Positions 46,617-56,162 of a DNA stretch of 64,000 nucleotides are shown piece after piece. The position numbers and the translations under genes were made by a program. The notes under the pieces are model-generated. The model searched no databases. It was given only the letters and a program-made list of their open reading frames with translations, and was not told where the DNA came from. Origin of the DNA: Candidatus Thiodiazotropha sp. (GTDB lineage Bacteria; Pseudomonadota; Gammaproteobacteria; Chromatiales; Chromatiaceae); the NCBI GenBank assembly GCA_040791665.1, contig JBFNNX010000026.1, positions 49,435-113,434 on the forward strand, read 5' to 3'. Each line of letters begins with the position of its first letter. Within the stretch, counting starts at the first letter, position 1.

Positions 46617-49532
46617 TCACTCTCTGGACGTGGGTACAACACGAAGTGTTACAGATTTCCCACTTCTTACGACAGTCATCTCTGTCTCTTCACCAGCCCT
46701 CAATCCAGCCAGTGCGTTCATGAAGTCATGGATCGTCTCGATCTGAACACCGGCAAGCCCTACCAGGATATCGCCGTTTTGAATGCCTGCCGTCTCGGCT
46801 GGCGCACCTTTTACGGCGCCCTGCAGCTTGACGCCTTTGATCGCTTCGTCCTGACCATATGCGGGAATCGTACCCAGATAGGCGCGAAGGTGCTTTCGAG
46901 AAAGGCTGCTCTTCCTACGCACAACTTCCAGATAGTCGGGTTCTGTTTCGGATCGCGCCAGGGAGTGGGTGATACCGGACATCAATTGCGTGATCTTTTG
47001 TATTCCCTGGTAGTTGAGCTGATCGGCAGTGTCCCTCGGAGAGGAGTAGTCCTCATGCGCACCTGTGAATGCGTTCAGGACCGGTACGCCCTTCATATAG
47101 AATGGGGTCGAATCCGTTGGTAGATAGGGATCGGCCTTGGTGGCAATGGCTAGACCCACGGGCACATTCCGACGCTCTATCTCGCGGGACCATGTGTTGC
47201 TCGACCCCGTCCCTTGCAGATACAGCTTCTCCCGCAGATGTCCGATCATATCCATGTTGAGGTAGGCGCTAACCTTGCCGTTCAATATGCCGCCATCAGA
47301 AAACCGGTCGACGAAATGGGCTGAACCGAGGGTGCCAAGCTCTTCTCCCGACCATGCAGTGAAGAGAATGTCGCGTTTGCTTCCCAGTTTGCCTGACTTC
47401 TTCAAACCTGCGAGGTATTGGGCGCTCTCCAGCAAGGCAGCGACCCCGGATGCGTTGTCATCCGCACCATAATGGATTTTACCGCGCTCATCCTCCCTCG
47501 CGAGGGAACCTGAAACCTCACCACGCCCAAGGTGGTCGAGATGGGCACCGAGTATGACAGGCGCCTTCCGCGAAGGTGTGTCGGCAGTCAGTCTGGCAAC
47601 AACATTACGGCCCTGACGTTTTTCTCGGGTGATCGCCAGATTGGCTGAAAGCGCTATACCGGGTATGGGGAATCCTTCAAACGGCTCCCCTTTGTCGAGA
47701 TTATGTTGAAGTTGTGTCAGACTCCGATCGACGGCAGCCAGGATACGTGATGCCAGCTGATCGCTGATAGAGATGGCTGCAAGGGAACTGCTTGCGCTTT
47801 TTGCATCCATCTCGAAGTCCACCAATTGTTGCTTTGCTTCGGCTCCGGGACCGGTAACGACAATCAGTCCTGACGCGCCTCGGCGTTTGGCAACAGAGGC
47901 CTTGTAGGCCAGATCGGAATAGTGAAGCAGATGGCGCCTCCAGTCCGGTGGCACCGATTCCGGTTGAAATCGAAATACCATGACCCATTTACCTTCCACA
48001 TCCAGGTCACCATAGGAGTCGTAATCGGGTACTTTATCCAGCCCTGGCGCGTCAATGCCATAACCCGCAAAGACGATTTCCGAATGTGCGATGTGTCCAC
48101 TGCGGCTGATCGCCAAGGGGAGCCAGTCTTGATGGAGCCGGATCGATTGCGCATTGTTCAATCCGGAGAATTCGAGCCTGTTTCCGTCGCCCAATGTAGC
48201 GCCGGCGGTAAATGAGAAGGTTTGAAAAAAATCTTCATCTCCAGCCGGTTCAAGTCCCAATTGGCGAAAAACAGAGGCGATATAGTTTGTTGCCAGCAAT
48301 TCGCCTTCGCTTCCAGCGAGCCTGCCTTCCATTTCGTCGTTGCTGAGAAGCATGACATGTTGGCGCAGGTCATGACTGCTAATGGCGGCGGAAGTGTTCG
48401 TCAGATTGGCGGAGGGTAGGACACGCTTATTGCCTGTTTCATCCAGACCCAGCAGGCGGCGGGCTTCAGCATCGTTCCAATCGGCAAGAAAAATCTGACT
48501 GGTTTTGTCGGCACCGCGTTTCGATGTCCAAGAGAGTCGATCGCCATCCGGTGAGAACACGGGGAGTCCGTCAAAACCCATGCTATGAGTGACACGAACA
48601 GGTTCTCGTCGTCCTTGTGCATCCACCAAATCGAGTTCGAAATTGGCAAAACCCTCCTGGTTGGAGGCAAAGATCAAATAGTCGCCGCTGGGATGAAAGA
48701 AGGGTGCCCAGGACATTACGCCCGTATGGGTGAGTTGTCGCTCTTCACCGCTGGCAAGATCCATGATGAATATTTCGGCTTGGCTGCCATCCTCGGAGAA
48801 ACGGCGCCAGGTGATTTTACGGCCGTCGAAGCTGAAAAACGGACCGCCGTCATAACCCGGCGAATCGGTCAGTTGACGCACGTTAGAACCGTCGGCGTCC
48901 ATTAGATAGAGATCCATCATGAACGATTTATCGTGTTCGAAGATCTTTCGTTCCGCCTCGCTCATCTCTTCCGAGTAAGCGCGTCTGTTGGAGGCAAAGA
49001 CTATCTGCCGGCCATCGGGTGAATAGGCTGCTTCCGCATCATAGCCGATCGTGCGAGTCAGATTCTTACGCGTGCCTGTTGAGACTTCCTGTTCGTAGAT
49101 GTCGAAATTCTGATCATAGTCCCAACTGTAGCGACGTTGTTTGCCGGATGCCCTGAAATCCAACTCCTGTTGCATCTTGCTGTGAGCATCGGGATCATCA
49201 TGGGTGGAGGCATATAGAACCTTATCGTTGGAGGGGTGTATCCAGGCACAGGTGGTTTTTCCGTAACCGGGGGATATCCGTTTCACATCGCCGTTTTCCA
49301 TGTCCATCAGGTAGATCTGGTAAAACGGATTGGCGCCGTCACGCTCCGATTGAAAAATCATATGACTGCCATCGGCACTGAAATAGCCTTCACCGGCCCG
49401 CCGACCCTCAAAGGTCAGCTGACGTATATTGGATAGCAGCCGCATTTCGGATTCCACTGGCGTTGCGGCATAGAGGGGAAACACGGTATAGACTGATAAC
49501 AGATAGACTGCTGTGATCAGACCCTTCGACAT
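46617..49532 (-). CDS. M28 aminopeptidase with N-terminal TolB/PD40 propeller, PA domain and C-terminal PDZ
   Basis: PD40 repeats (FSPDG), GAHLDHLG, GADDNASG, GEELG, NMDMIG, DSTPF, PDZ YLGTIP...PAETAG. Confidence 0.9.
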   Translation of the reverse strand: MSKGLITAVYLLSVYTVFPLYAATPVESEMRLLSNIRQLTFEGRRAGEGYFSADGSHMIFQSERDGANPFYQIYLMDMENGDVKRISPGYGKTTCAWIHPSNDKVLYASTHDDPDAHSKMQQELDFRASGKQRRYSWDYDQNFDIYEQEVSTGTRKNLTRTIGYDAEAAYSPDGRQIVFASNRRAYSEEMSEAERKIFEHDKSFMMDLYLMDADGSNVRQLTDSPGYDGGPFFSFDGRKITWRRFSEDGSQAEIFIMDLASGEERQLTHTGVMSWAPFFHPSGDYLIFASNQEGFANFELDLVDAQGRREPVRVTHSMGFDGLPVFSPDGDRLSWTSKRGADKTSQIFLADWNDAEARRLLGLDETGNKRVLPSANLTNTSAAISSHDLRQHVMLLSNDEMEGRLAGSEGELLATNYIASVFRQLGLEPAGDEDFFQTFSFTAGATLGDGNRLEFSGLNNAQSIRLHQDWLPLAISRSGHIAHSEIVFAGYGIDAPGLDKVPDYDSYGDLDVEGKWVMVFRFQPESVPPDWRRHLLHYSDLAYKASVAKRRGASGLIVVTGPGAEAKQQLVDFEMDAKSASSSLAAISISDQLASRILAAVDRSLTQLQHNLDKGEPFEGFPIPGIALSANLAITREKRQGRNVVARLTADTPSRKAPVILGAHLDHLGRGEVSGSLAREDERGKIHYGADDNASGVAALLESAQYLAGLKKSGKLGSKRDILFTAWSGEELGTLGSAHFVDRFSDGGILNGKVSAYLNMDMIGHLREKLYLQGTGSSNTWSREIERRNVPVGLAIATKADPYLPTDSTPFYMKGVPVLNAFTGAHEDYSSPRDTADQLNYQGIQKITQLMSGITHSLARSETEPDYLEVVRRKSSLSRKHLRAYLGTIPAYGQDEAIKGVKLQGAVKGAPAETAGIQNGDILVGLAGVQIETIHDFMNALAGLRAGEETEMTVVRSGKSVTLRVVPTSRE

Positions 49533-49713
49533 CACTGGACTCCTTACTCTTTTCCAAAATGCTGAACAAAACCAATTTAACAGAAGCCGGCACATCAAGG
49601 AGCATACTCGGAGTGAGGTATTTTTTCACATACTAAGTATGCAACGCTTATCTATCGCTGTTCTGCAACGACACCCAAAATTACTCCATATAACACTATC
49701 AGGAGGCGAAGAA

Positions 49714-50394
49714 ATGGGTGATTACGCTCTGGGTGCAAAAGGATCGCGATTCAATCTGGGTAATTATCAATTGCGACTCGATCCCGAAATCGAGGCGCAG
49801 ATGAGGGCAGGTAGCCTTCCGCCACGCATCCAGCGCCTGATTCTTCAACCCAATTGGCGCAGCTTCGACCGGAATCTGCTTAACTTCATGCTATTGCAGG
49901 CACCTGCGACAACACCGTCTCCGAGTCAACCGGCACTGGGACCGGTGGCTCCCAGGCCAGGGCAGGTGGGTGATGTCATGCGTGCCGTGTGGCTACTCCC
50001 CGCAGTGCAGCAGGCGGCCAATCGACTCTTGCAAGATAGCCGGAGAAGATTGAGAAGAGAGTGGAATCAAGGCGGTGTCGGCGACCAAGTCATGATGGTG
50101 ACCGCTGCCGTCACCGTTGCAGGTACATCCCTTACCGCGCTCCTTGTCAATCCGCAAACGAGGGATCTTGTGCTCGATTTTGTCAACGGTAGGGATCTAC
50201 CTGTGCCTGGTATCCGGGGTTTGACAATACAGATGAGGGGGCGCGGTCGAGGTGCAGGACTAAGGATGCGCAATATTGGAGGAACCGGACTGAGTATCCG
50301 TGGAGGCGCATCACATTCTGCGGCAACAGGGAACGTGGACTGGGACGTTGGAATGACTCTCGATCTCACTCAGTTGGTCCCGGCCTTGCGTTGA
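49714..50394 (+). CDS. Hypothetical protein
   Basis: RBS AGGAGG before ATG 49714; 226-aa ORF ends at a hairpin; no family recognised. Confidence 0.6.
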   Translation: MGDYALGAKGSRFNLGNYQLRLDPEIEAQMRAGSLPPRIQRLILQPNWRSFDRNLLNFMLLQAPATTPSPSQPALGPVAPRPGQVGDVMRAVWLLPAVQQAANRLLQDSRRRLRREWNQGGVGDQVMMVTAAVTVAGTSLTALLVNPQTRDLVLDFVNGRDLPVPGIRGLTIQMRGRGRGAGLRMRNIGGTGLSIRGGASHSAATGNVDWDVGMTLDLTQLVPALR

Positions 50395-50414
50395 TGCCCC
50401 CCGATGGGGGGCAT
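50394..50414. terminator. Hairpin between convergent genes
   Basis: ATGCCCCCC-GAT-GGGGGGCAT. Confidence 0.6.
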
Positions 50415-50422
50415 TCCATGTT

Positions 50423-51028
50423 TCATATGAAAAGATTGACGTCGGCTTTCATCGCTCGTGGCAGAAAGCTGGCGGCTCCTACCCACTCTTCGATCTCGGG
50501 GATGAAATCCTCTTTACCGTAATCGAAGAGATCCACGGTCATTTGACAGGCGACCAATTTAACATCGGCCTCGACACACAATTCACGCAACTGTTCAATG
50601 CTGGCGATGCCTTTATTGTCCATGGTCTTTTTCATAAGACCGGTCGCCATCGATTCGAAACCCGGTATAAGCGTCATAACCGAGGTCGGCATGGGCAGTG
50701 GTTTGCCCTTGATCCAGTTGGGTCCCTCGGGCAGTTTCATGGGCATGGCCGGGTTGCCAAGGGGTGTTACCTTGAGATCGAGATTCTGCTTCAGCAGATT
50801 CAAACCGTAAAAGGTAAAAAAGATCGAGACATCCCAACCCAGCGCAGCCGCTGTCGAGGCGAGGATGAAGGGTGGATAGGCCATATCGAGGGTTCCCTTG
50901 GTGGCGATGATCGTCATCGAGGGGATATGCGCCGCCTCCCGTTCCGCCATCTTCTCGGCAAAGCGCCGATCAAACCAGCTGTCCAGATCTTTGGTCGGGA
51001 TATCGATCAGTGATGCAGTATTGCTCAT
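50423..51028 (-). CDS. dsrE2: DsrE2-like sulfur carrier (DsrE/DsrF/DrsH-like family)
   Basis: IIATKGTLDMAYPPFILAS, FFTFYGL, ACQMTVDL, VGAASFL; follows tusA. Confidence 0.85.
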   Translation of the reverse strand: MSNTASLIDIPTKDLDSWFDRRFAEKMAEREAAHIPSMTIIATKGTLDMAYPPFILASTAAALGWDVSIFFTFYGLNLLKQNLDLKVTPLGNPAMPMKLPEGPNWIKGKPLPMPTSVMTLIPGFESMATGLMKKTMDNKGIASIEQLRELCVEADVKLVACQMTVDLFDYGKEDFIPEIEEWVGAASFLPRAMKADVNLFI

Positions 51029-51048
51029 GATAGCCTCCTGTAGAGATG

Positions 51049-51279
51049 TCAAGCCTTGCGGATTCTGAAAAAGAAAGCATCCTCGAGCTGTTCGCTGGAG
51101 ACCATCACATGACCGGTCTGACTGCAAAATGAATCCAGATCCTTTACTGAACCCGGGTCGGTAGCAGTGACTTCAAGGATATCTCCCGATGAGAGTGTGG
51201 CGATCGCTTTTTTGGTCTTTAGGATCGGCAGAGGACAGTTGAGGCCTCTTGCATCGAGGGTGTGTGTGTTTTCACTCAT
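51049..51279 (-). CDS. tusA: Sulfur carrier TusA
   Basis: LDARGLNCPLP, TDPGS, 76 aa. Confidence 0.92.
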   Translation of the reverse strand: MSENTHTLDARGLNCPLPILKTKKAIATLSSGDILEVTATDPGSVKDLDSFCSQTGHVMVSSEQLEDAFFFRIRKA

Positions 51280-51321
51280 GGCATTGCTCCTTTACAACAA
51301 GTGGTCGACTAAAAAACAAGA

Positions 51322-51335
51322 TGACCGGTCGGTCA
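51322..51335. promoter_or_regulatory. TetR-type operator upstream of tusA
   Basis: Perfect palindrome TGACCG-GT-CGGTCA. Confidence 0.75.
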
Positions 51336-51354
51336 AATTCAACGTAAAAAAATA

Positions 51355-51963
51355 TCAGTTGGTTTGCTTGTGCTCTATCCGTATGCTTTTGATGGCCGGG
51401 CCCAGCGATCTCACCACTTCCGGATCGTTACGTGTCTTGGCGAGAAGAATGACACCCTCCAGGTAAGCCAACATGGCGGTTGCGGTGGCTTCCGTGTCGA
51501 GAGGGGGGGTCTCGCCGTTCTCAACCGCCTCTTCCAGGGCCTCGTGAAAACGGGCGCTGGCCTTGGCGAAGATCGCATTCAACCTGGCCCGGATCACCTC
51601 GTCGCGGGTGCTGACCTCAAGTGCCAGATTGCCAAACAGGCAGCCGGGCATGCGACCTTCAATGTTCTTTGCCGCCTTCTGCCAGAAATAGACCGCATCC
51701 ACCATATAATCGAGTCGTTCGAGGGGTGGAAGGGCCTCGTCAAAAGCCTCGGCGACGAAGCCGTGCGCCCACTCGTTCGCCATGCTGTCGATGACCGCCA
51801 TGGCCAGGTCACGCTTGGAGGGGAAGAAGTGGTAGAAGCTCCCTTTCTGTACCTTGGCCAGAGTGCAGATCTCTTTGATACCCACATCCGCATAGCTGCG
51901 GCCATGAAACAGGTCACGGGCGGTGGCCAGGATACGTTCTTTGGTGTCAGGGGCGATGCTCAT
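51355..51963 (-). CDS. TetR/AcrR family regulator (NemR/LmrA-like)
   Basis: HTH ILATARDLF...GSFYHFFPSK; GCLFGNLALE. Confidence 0.92.
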   Translation of the reverse strand: MSIAPDTKERILATARDLFHGRSYADVGIKEICTLAKVQKGSFYHFFPSKRDLAMAVIDSMANEWAHGFVAEAFDEALPPLERLDYMVDAVYFWQKAAKNIEGRMPGCLFGNLALEVSTRDEVIRARLNAIFAKASARFHEALEEAVENGETPPLDTEATATAMLAYLEGVILLAKTRNDPEVVRSLGPAIKSIRIEHKQTN

Positions 51964-51979
51964 GTCCGCTAAGTATATT

Positions 51980-51993
51980 AGACCGGTCGGTCA
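51980..51993. promoter_or_regulatory. TetR-type operator upstream of tetR
   Basis: AGACCG-GT-CGGTCA; shares the 14-mer GACCGGTCGGTCAA with the tusA site. Confidence 0.75.
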
Positions 51994-52197
51994 AGTCAAG
52001 CCTTTTGTTGATCTATACGCCATCGAACATCTGATTCGCCCCCATCGCATTTGCATCACAAGCCGCGAAAAGCCTGGCTCAATTTATGGTTATCCATAAC
52101 TATTCTGCTTTAGGATCCGATTAATCGGAACTTTTCAGTCATCATCATTTCGAATTGGTAAATTCATCAGACAATAGAGATCAGCGGCCTGCTTGGT

Positions 52198-52578
52198 ATG
52201 CACGCATTCACTCAAAAAATTGTGTTGGCACTACTGGTTCTGTCGCTGAACCTGGTTCCATTCCGGGGTGCTTTCGCTGGATTTGTCCAACCAAGCGATA
52301 AAGGGCAGTCTCATGAAGGAGTGGCTCATCACGCACACGCTTCGGGAGCTATTGCCGGAAACATGACTGGTGACAGTTGCCACAGTGGGCAATTGAGCGA
52401 TGATGGGTGTTGTAGCAGTGATGCCTGTTCCGATAGCCACTGCGTATCTGCAACCTATCTTGTCCCGCCACATTTGATCGATCTCTCCGTTACCGTAAGT
52501 GTCGTTCAAGCTATCCTCGTTGACCAGTCGCTGCTACAGCAGACTGTTTCACCTCCCTTCAGACCGCCGCGTCTTTGA
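52198..52578 (+). CDS. CopL/DUF2946-like His/Cys-rich metal-binding protein
   Basis: Signal-like leader, HHAH, CCSSDACSDSHC, C-terminal PPFRPPR; precedes copA as copL does. Confidence 0.6.
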   Translation: MHAFTQKIVLALLVLSLNLVPFRGAFAGFVQPSDKGQSHEGVAHHAHASGAIAGNMTGDSCHSGQLSDDGCCSSDACSDSHCVSATYLVPPHLIDLSVTVSVVQAILVDQSLLQQTVSPPFRPPRL

Positions 52579-52687
52579 TTCCACTGCATTCTGACGCTGC
52601 ATTTAGCAGTGTCTTGTCGATAAAAATCGAAAACGGTTAATGCAAAACAACGTTTGATTGTCGTTGAACGCAGAGGAACGAATTCCG

Positions 52688-53292
52688 ATGAGAAAGTATT
52701 ACGATTCGTTGTTGAATGAGGGTGTCGATTTAGCCCGCTGTAGGTTTGTCACCGGCCTGTCGTTGGGTGGTGCGGCATTGGGTTTGCAGCCGTTCGGGCT
52801 ACTGGGAGGCCCAGGGGGCGAACGGGCGGTCACGACACTGCAGGGTAGGGTATTTAACCTGACCGTTTCTCAAACTGCGGTAAATTTTACCGGCAGTGCA
52901 CGCGTCGCCACGACAGTGAACGGTACATTGCCGGCACCGACCTTACGCTGGCGTGGCGGTAGCTATTGGTATCACAGCCACTCCGGTTTTCAGGAACAAA
53001 CCGGCCTCTACGGCACGATCGTTATCGATCCCAAAGAGTCCGAGTCTTCCAGCTATGACCGGGACTATGTGATGGTTCTTTCGGATTGGACAGATGAAGA
53101 TCCCAACGGTGTTTATGCGAAGTTGAAAAAGCTGAGCCACGACAACAACAATGAACGCACCCATGGGGGTCTGATGCGTGACTCGGAGCAGAAGGGATTG
53201 AGCGCCACCTGGAACGAGCGAAAGATGTGGAGCCGGATGCGCATGAGCCAGCGTGATCTCTCCGATGTCACAGGATCTACTATACCTAATCT
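52688..53292 (+). pseudogene. copA: CopA multicopper oxidase remnant (internal in-frame deletion plus 3' loss)
   Basis: NGTLPAPTLRW is joined directly to SYWYHSHSGFQEQ, so the first HWH copper motif is missing. LSDWTDEDP and MRMSQRDLSDVTG are present, then homology ends. Confidence 0.88.
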
Positions 53293-53421
53293 AGAGAATT
53301 CGCGCCCTACACAGACGTCAACTGGTCGAAGCGCTTCGGTGATACTGCTGATTTCGCCAGGGAGGAGGGTGAGGATATCAGCGATCTGCAGTGGCTGGCC
53401 GGTGTGCGCATCTGGTTCTGA
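53293..53421 (+). pseudogene. copB: CopB C-terminal remnant
   Basis: Frame reads [42 protein letters not shown], the characteristic CopB barrel terminus. Confidence 0.85.
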
Positions 53422-53427
53422 GAGGTA

Positions 53428-53937
53428 TTGAGAGTGAAAAGAGAACAGTTATTATCATTGCTTATACCCATTGGCCTTGTTATTTCTGCCTGTGACAAAC
53501 CGCAGAGCGTCCCACCCAACCGGACCGTTGCTGATTCTCAAATCAGATCGATGCCCGTCGGCCGCTGGTATGACAGACAACAGGTGGCAAGGGGAAGCGA
53601 GCTCTATCAACAGTTTTGCGCGGAATGCCATAAACCCGATGCATCCGGTACACTCAACTGGCAGCAGCTTGATGCCAATGGCAACTACCCGCCACCTCCG
53701 CTGAACGGTACGGCGCATACCTGGCACCATCCACTTTCAGTATTGAGAAGAACAGTGAAGTTCGGTGGTATACCGCTGGGCGGTACCATGCCGGGATTTG
53801 GTGAAAAGCTGAAACCGCAGCAGATCGATGACATATTGGCCTGGGTACAGTCAAACTGGTCCGATGAGATCTATGCAATCTGGTATGAGCGGGATCAGCA
53901 GGCCGGGACAATGTTACCGCCACGGAAAAAAGGGTGA
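53428..53937 (+). CDS. Monoheme cytochrome c (lipoprotein-like)
   Basis: ISAC lipobox, CAECH, PPPLNGTAHTWHH, GTMPGF. Confidence 0.85.
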   Translation: MRVKREQLLSLLIPIGLVISACDKPQSVPPNRTVADSQIRSMPVGRWYDRQQVARGSELYQQFCAECHKPDASGTLNWQQLDANGNYPPPPLNGTAHTWHHPLSVLRRTVKFGGIPLGGTMPGFGEKLKPQQIDDILAWVQSNWSDEIYAIWYERDQQAGTMLPPRKKG

Positions 53938-53968
53938 CACCACTGAGAATTGTTTAACGAGGACAATC

Positions 53969-54457
53969 ATGATCAGACTAGAGACCAGTAAATCGTATAG
54001 GAATGGATATCGTGCAAGTATAATTTGCCATCCCTTCAAATCACTCCTTTTTCTGTTGGCAGCTCTGACGCTATCACCTCACTCCTTCGCAGCCGATGTC
54101 ATCGTCTACAAAAGCCCGACCTGCGGCTGTTGCAATGATTGGGTGACACATCTGCAACAGAATGGTTTTTCCGTGCAAGTGCATGACAGAAGAAATATGC
54201 AGTTGGTGAAGCGTACACTGAATGTCCCGCAAGGACTTCAATCCTGTCACACAGCTGTTGTGGGCGACTATGTTGTCGAGGGTCATGTGCCGGCCAAGGA
54301 GATCGTGCGTCTATTGAGAGAGAAGCCAGCGGTCGAGGGGATCAGTGTCCCCGGTATGCCGATGGGCTCACCCGGCATGGAAGGCCCGAGGAAGGATAAT
54401 TATGATGTGCTTATCTATGACGGAAAGGGTAAGACTGAAGTCTATTCCCGCTACTGA
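53969..54457 (+). CDS. DUF411 / CopG-like metal-binding protein
   Basis: YKSPTCGCC, SCHTA, VEGHVP, PGMPMGSPGME. Confidence 0.88.
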   Translation: MIRLETSKSYRNGYRASIICHPFKSLLFLLAALTLSPHSFAADVIVYKSPTCGCCNDWVTHLQQNGFSVQVHDRRNMQLVKRTLNVPQGLQSCHTAVVGDYVVEGHVPAKEIVRLLREKPAVEGISVPGMPMGSPGMEGPRKDNYDVLIYDGKGKTEVYSRY

Positions 54458-54468
54458 GTAGAGGGTTA

Positions 54469-54912
54469 ATGGAGCAGACTATGCACACAACGCCTGTAAG
54501 GATAATCTTCATACTTTGTTTAAGTGCCTTTGCTGTTTCAATCACTGCCCATACGCCACCCGAAGACGCGCGGGTGTTTTTTATCGGTTTAACCGATGGG
54601 GCTGTGGTGAGCACTCCCTTGAAGGTGAAGTTCGGTATTGAAGGGTTCGGTATCGTTCCCGCCGGTACAAAGGATAAACGCCGTCATACGGCAGGTCATC
54701 ACCATCTGTTGCTTGATCTGAAACAACTGCCTGATCTGGACCAGCCGATCCCAAGGGATGACCATCATATCCACTTTGACCGGGGAGAGACGGAGGCCGT
54801 ATTGGGCTTGTCACCCGGCCGGCACACCTTGCAACTCCTGTTGGGTGATGAAACACATGAACCCCATGACCCCCCCCTGATATCGGAGAAAATAACGATT
54901 ACCGTCGAGTGA
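54469..54912 (+). CDS. DUF4399 domain protein
   Basis: VFFIGLTDGA, GHHHLL, HIHF..G.TE, PGRHTLQLLLGD. Confidence 0.8.
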   Translation: MEQTMHTTPVRIIFILCLSAFAVSITAHTPPEDARVFFIGLTDGAVVSTPLKVKFGIEGFGIVPAGTKDKRRHTAGHHHLLLDLKQLPDLDQPIPRDDHHIHFDRGETEAVLGLSPGRHTLQLLLGDETHEPHDPPLISEKITITVE

Positions 54913-54943
54913 TCCGGTTCAATATACAGCCGGTCAGCGGCAG

Positions 54944-54973
54944 GGTTGAAAAAAGAATCGGCCATCCCTATCT
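54944..54973 (+). promoter_or_regulatory. Sigma-32-like heat-shock promoter
   Basis: GGTTGAAA-N14-CCCTATCT resembles CTTGAA-N13-17-CCCCATNT, directly upstream of the hsp20 pair. Confidence 0.5.
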
Positions 54974-55014
54974 AATAGGCAACGTAACGATTTATTGCAT
55001 ATCAGTGCAAGGAG

Positions 55015-55467
55015 ATGAGTCTAATGTTGCCAAGAATACACGGCTTCGATTCAGGCCTGTTCAATGAATTCAGGCGTCTGGAACAGGAGATGGATCAGCT
55101 TTTCGGTGCGGGGTTCTGGCCGAATACGATGCAATCTGTTGTCAACGATAACTATCCGCCAATCAACGTCGGCGTCACGCCTGAACAGGTTGATATCTAT
55201 CTGTTTGCGGCTGGCGTGAACTCTGAGAATCTGGACATCTCTATCAATGATAATCGCCTGTCTATCAAAGGCGAGCGACACGTTGAGCGGGATGACGAAC
55301 GGAACTGTTTCCGAAAAGAGCGTTATGACGGCGCCTTTCATAAGGTAGTTGCACTGCCCGATGATGTGGACGCTGACAAGGTTGAAGCACGCTACGACAA
55401 CGGTGTTCTGCATATTGTCATCCAACGTCGAGAGTCTTCCAAACCACGACAGATCACTGTTCAGTAA
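55015..55467 (+). CDS. Hsp20 small heat-shock protein
   Basis: YPPINV, LSIKGER, ERYDGAF...LPDDVD...YDNGVL. Confidence 0.92.
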   Translation: MSLMLPRIHGFDSGLFNEFRRLEQEMDQLFGAGFWPNTMQSVVNDNYPPINVGVTPEQVDIYLFAAGVNSENLDISINDNRLSIKGERHVERDDERNCFRKERYDGAFHKVVALPDDVDADKVEARYDNGVLHIVIQRRESSKPRQITVQ

Positions 55468-55486
55468 TTGGCAGGAGGTAGAGGTA

Positions 55487-55882
55487 ATGAGTACCAGTAA
55501 AGAGATAACCAAACACGATCTCCAACCAAAACAGCGTCGTGATTTACCACAACGCAGTATTCGGCCCAATGTGGATATCCTTGAAGACGAGACAGGCATC
55601 ACCCTCATGGCGGATCTGCCCGGCGTGACAAAAGAGGGTCTGGATATTCAGGTAGACACCGAGACCCTCTCCATAGACGGGAAGGCGGATATTGAGATGC
55701 CTGAAGGGATGCAGGCCCTGTATGCCGACGTGCGAGCAACTCGTTACCAGCGCAGCTTCTCCTTGAGTAGTGAGTTGGACGGTGACAAGGCTGAAGCAAG
55801 TCTCAAGGATGGTGTATTGTCGCTGAGGATACCGAAACGAGAACAGTATCTGCCCCGTAAAATCGAGATTCGCAACGGATAA
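55487..55882 (+). CDS. Hsp20 small heat-shock protein
   Basis: PNVDILE, ADLPGV, RSFSLS...LKDGVLSLRIPK; RBS GGAGG/GAGG before ATG 55487. Confidence 0.92.
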   Translation: MSTSKEITKHDLQPKQRRDLPQRSIRPNVDILEDETGITLMADLPGVTKEGLDIQVDTETLSIDGKADIEMPEGMQALYADVRATRYQRSFSLSSELDGDKAEASLKDGVLSLRIPKREQYLPRKIEIRNG

Positions 55883-55913
55883 GTAACCCCTCTACTTTTC
55901 ATTGCGGAAGCCT

Positions 55914-55943
55914 GCCCCGGACTGGTTCAGCCCGGGGCTTTTT
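55914..55943 (+). terminator. Intrinsic terminator after the hsp20 pair
   Basis: GCCCCGG-N11-CCGGGGC-TTTTT. Confidence 0.7.
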
Positions 55944-56162
55944 AATTGGCTTCTCAAATGTCGCTTACAGCTGTGAACTTATCAAGACTCACAGGGTCAA
56001 TTGGATCGTTTTGATACTACAGCCCGGTGATCGGAAAAGGGTGTGTGATGTTACTAAGACTGACATAGGCTGGAAAGGCTGTTTCTCTAGTTATTATAAT
56101 ATTTGCGAGTCAGTCTAGTTGCATTGAATAAAGGGTAAACACTGAACAGGTAGGAGATCGTC

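Noticed and set aside
51364-51972. Long antisense ORFs (also 9329..10141, 20950..21636, 33235..34029, 62630..63232 and others)
   Set aside because: They lie opposite well-supported genes, show no motifs, and are expected in GC-rich coding DNA.
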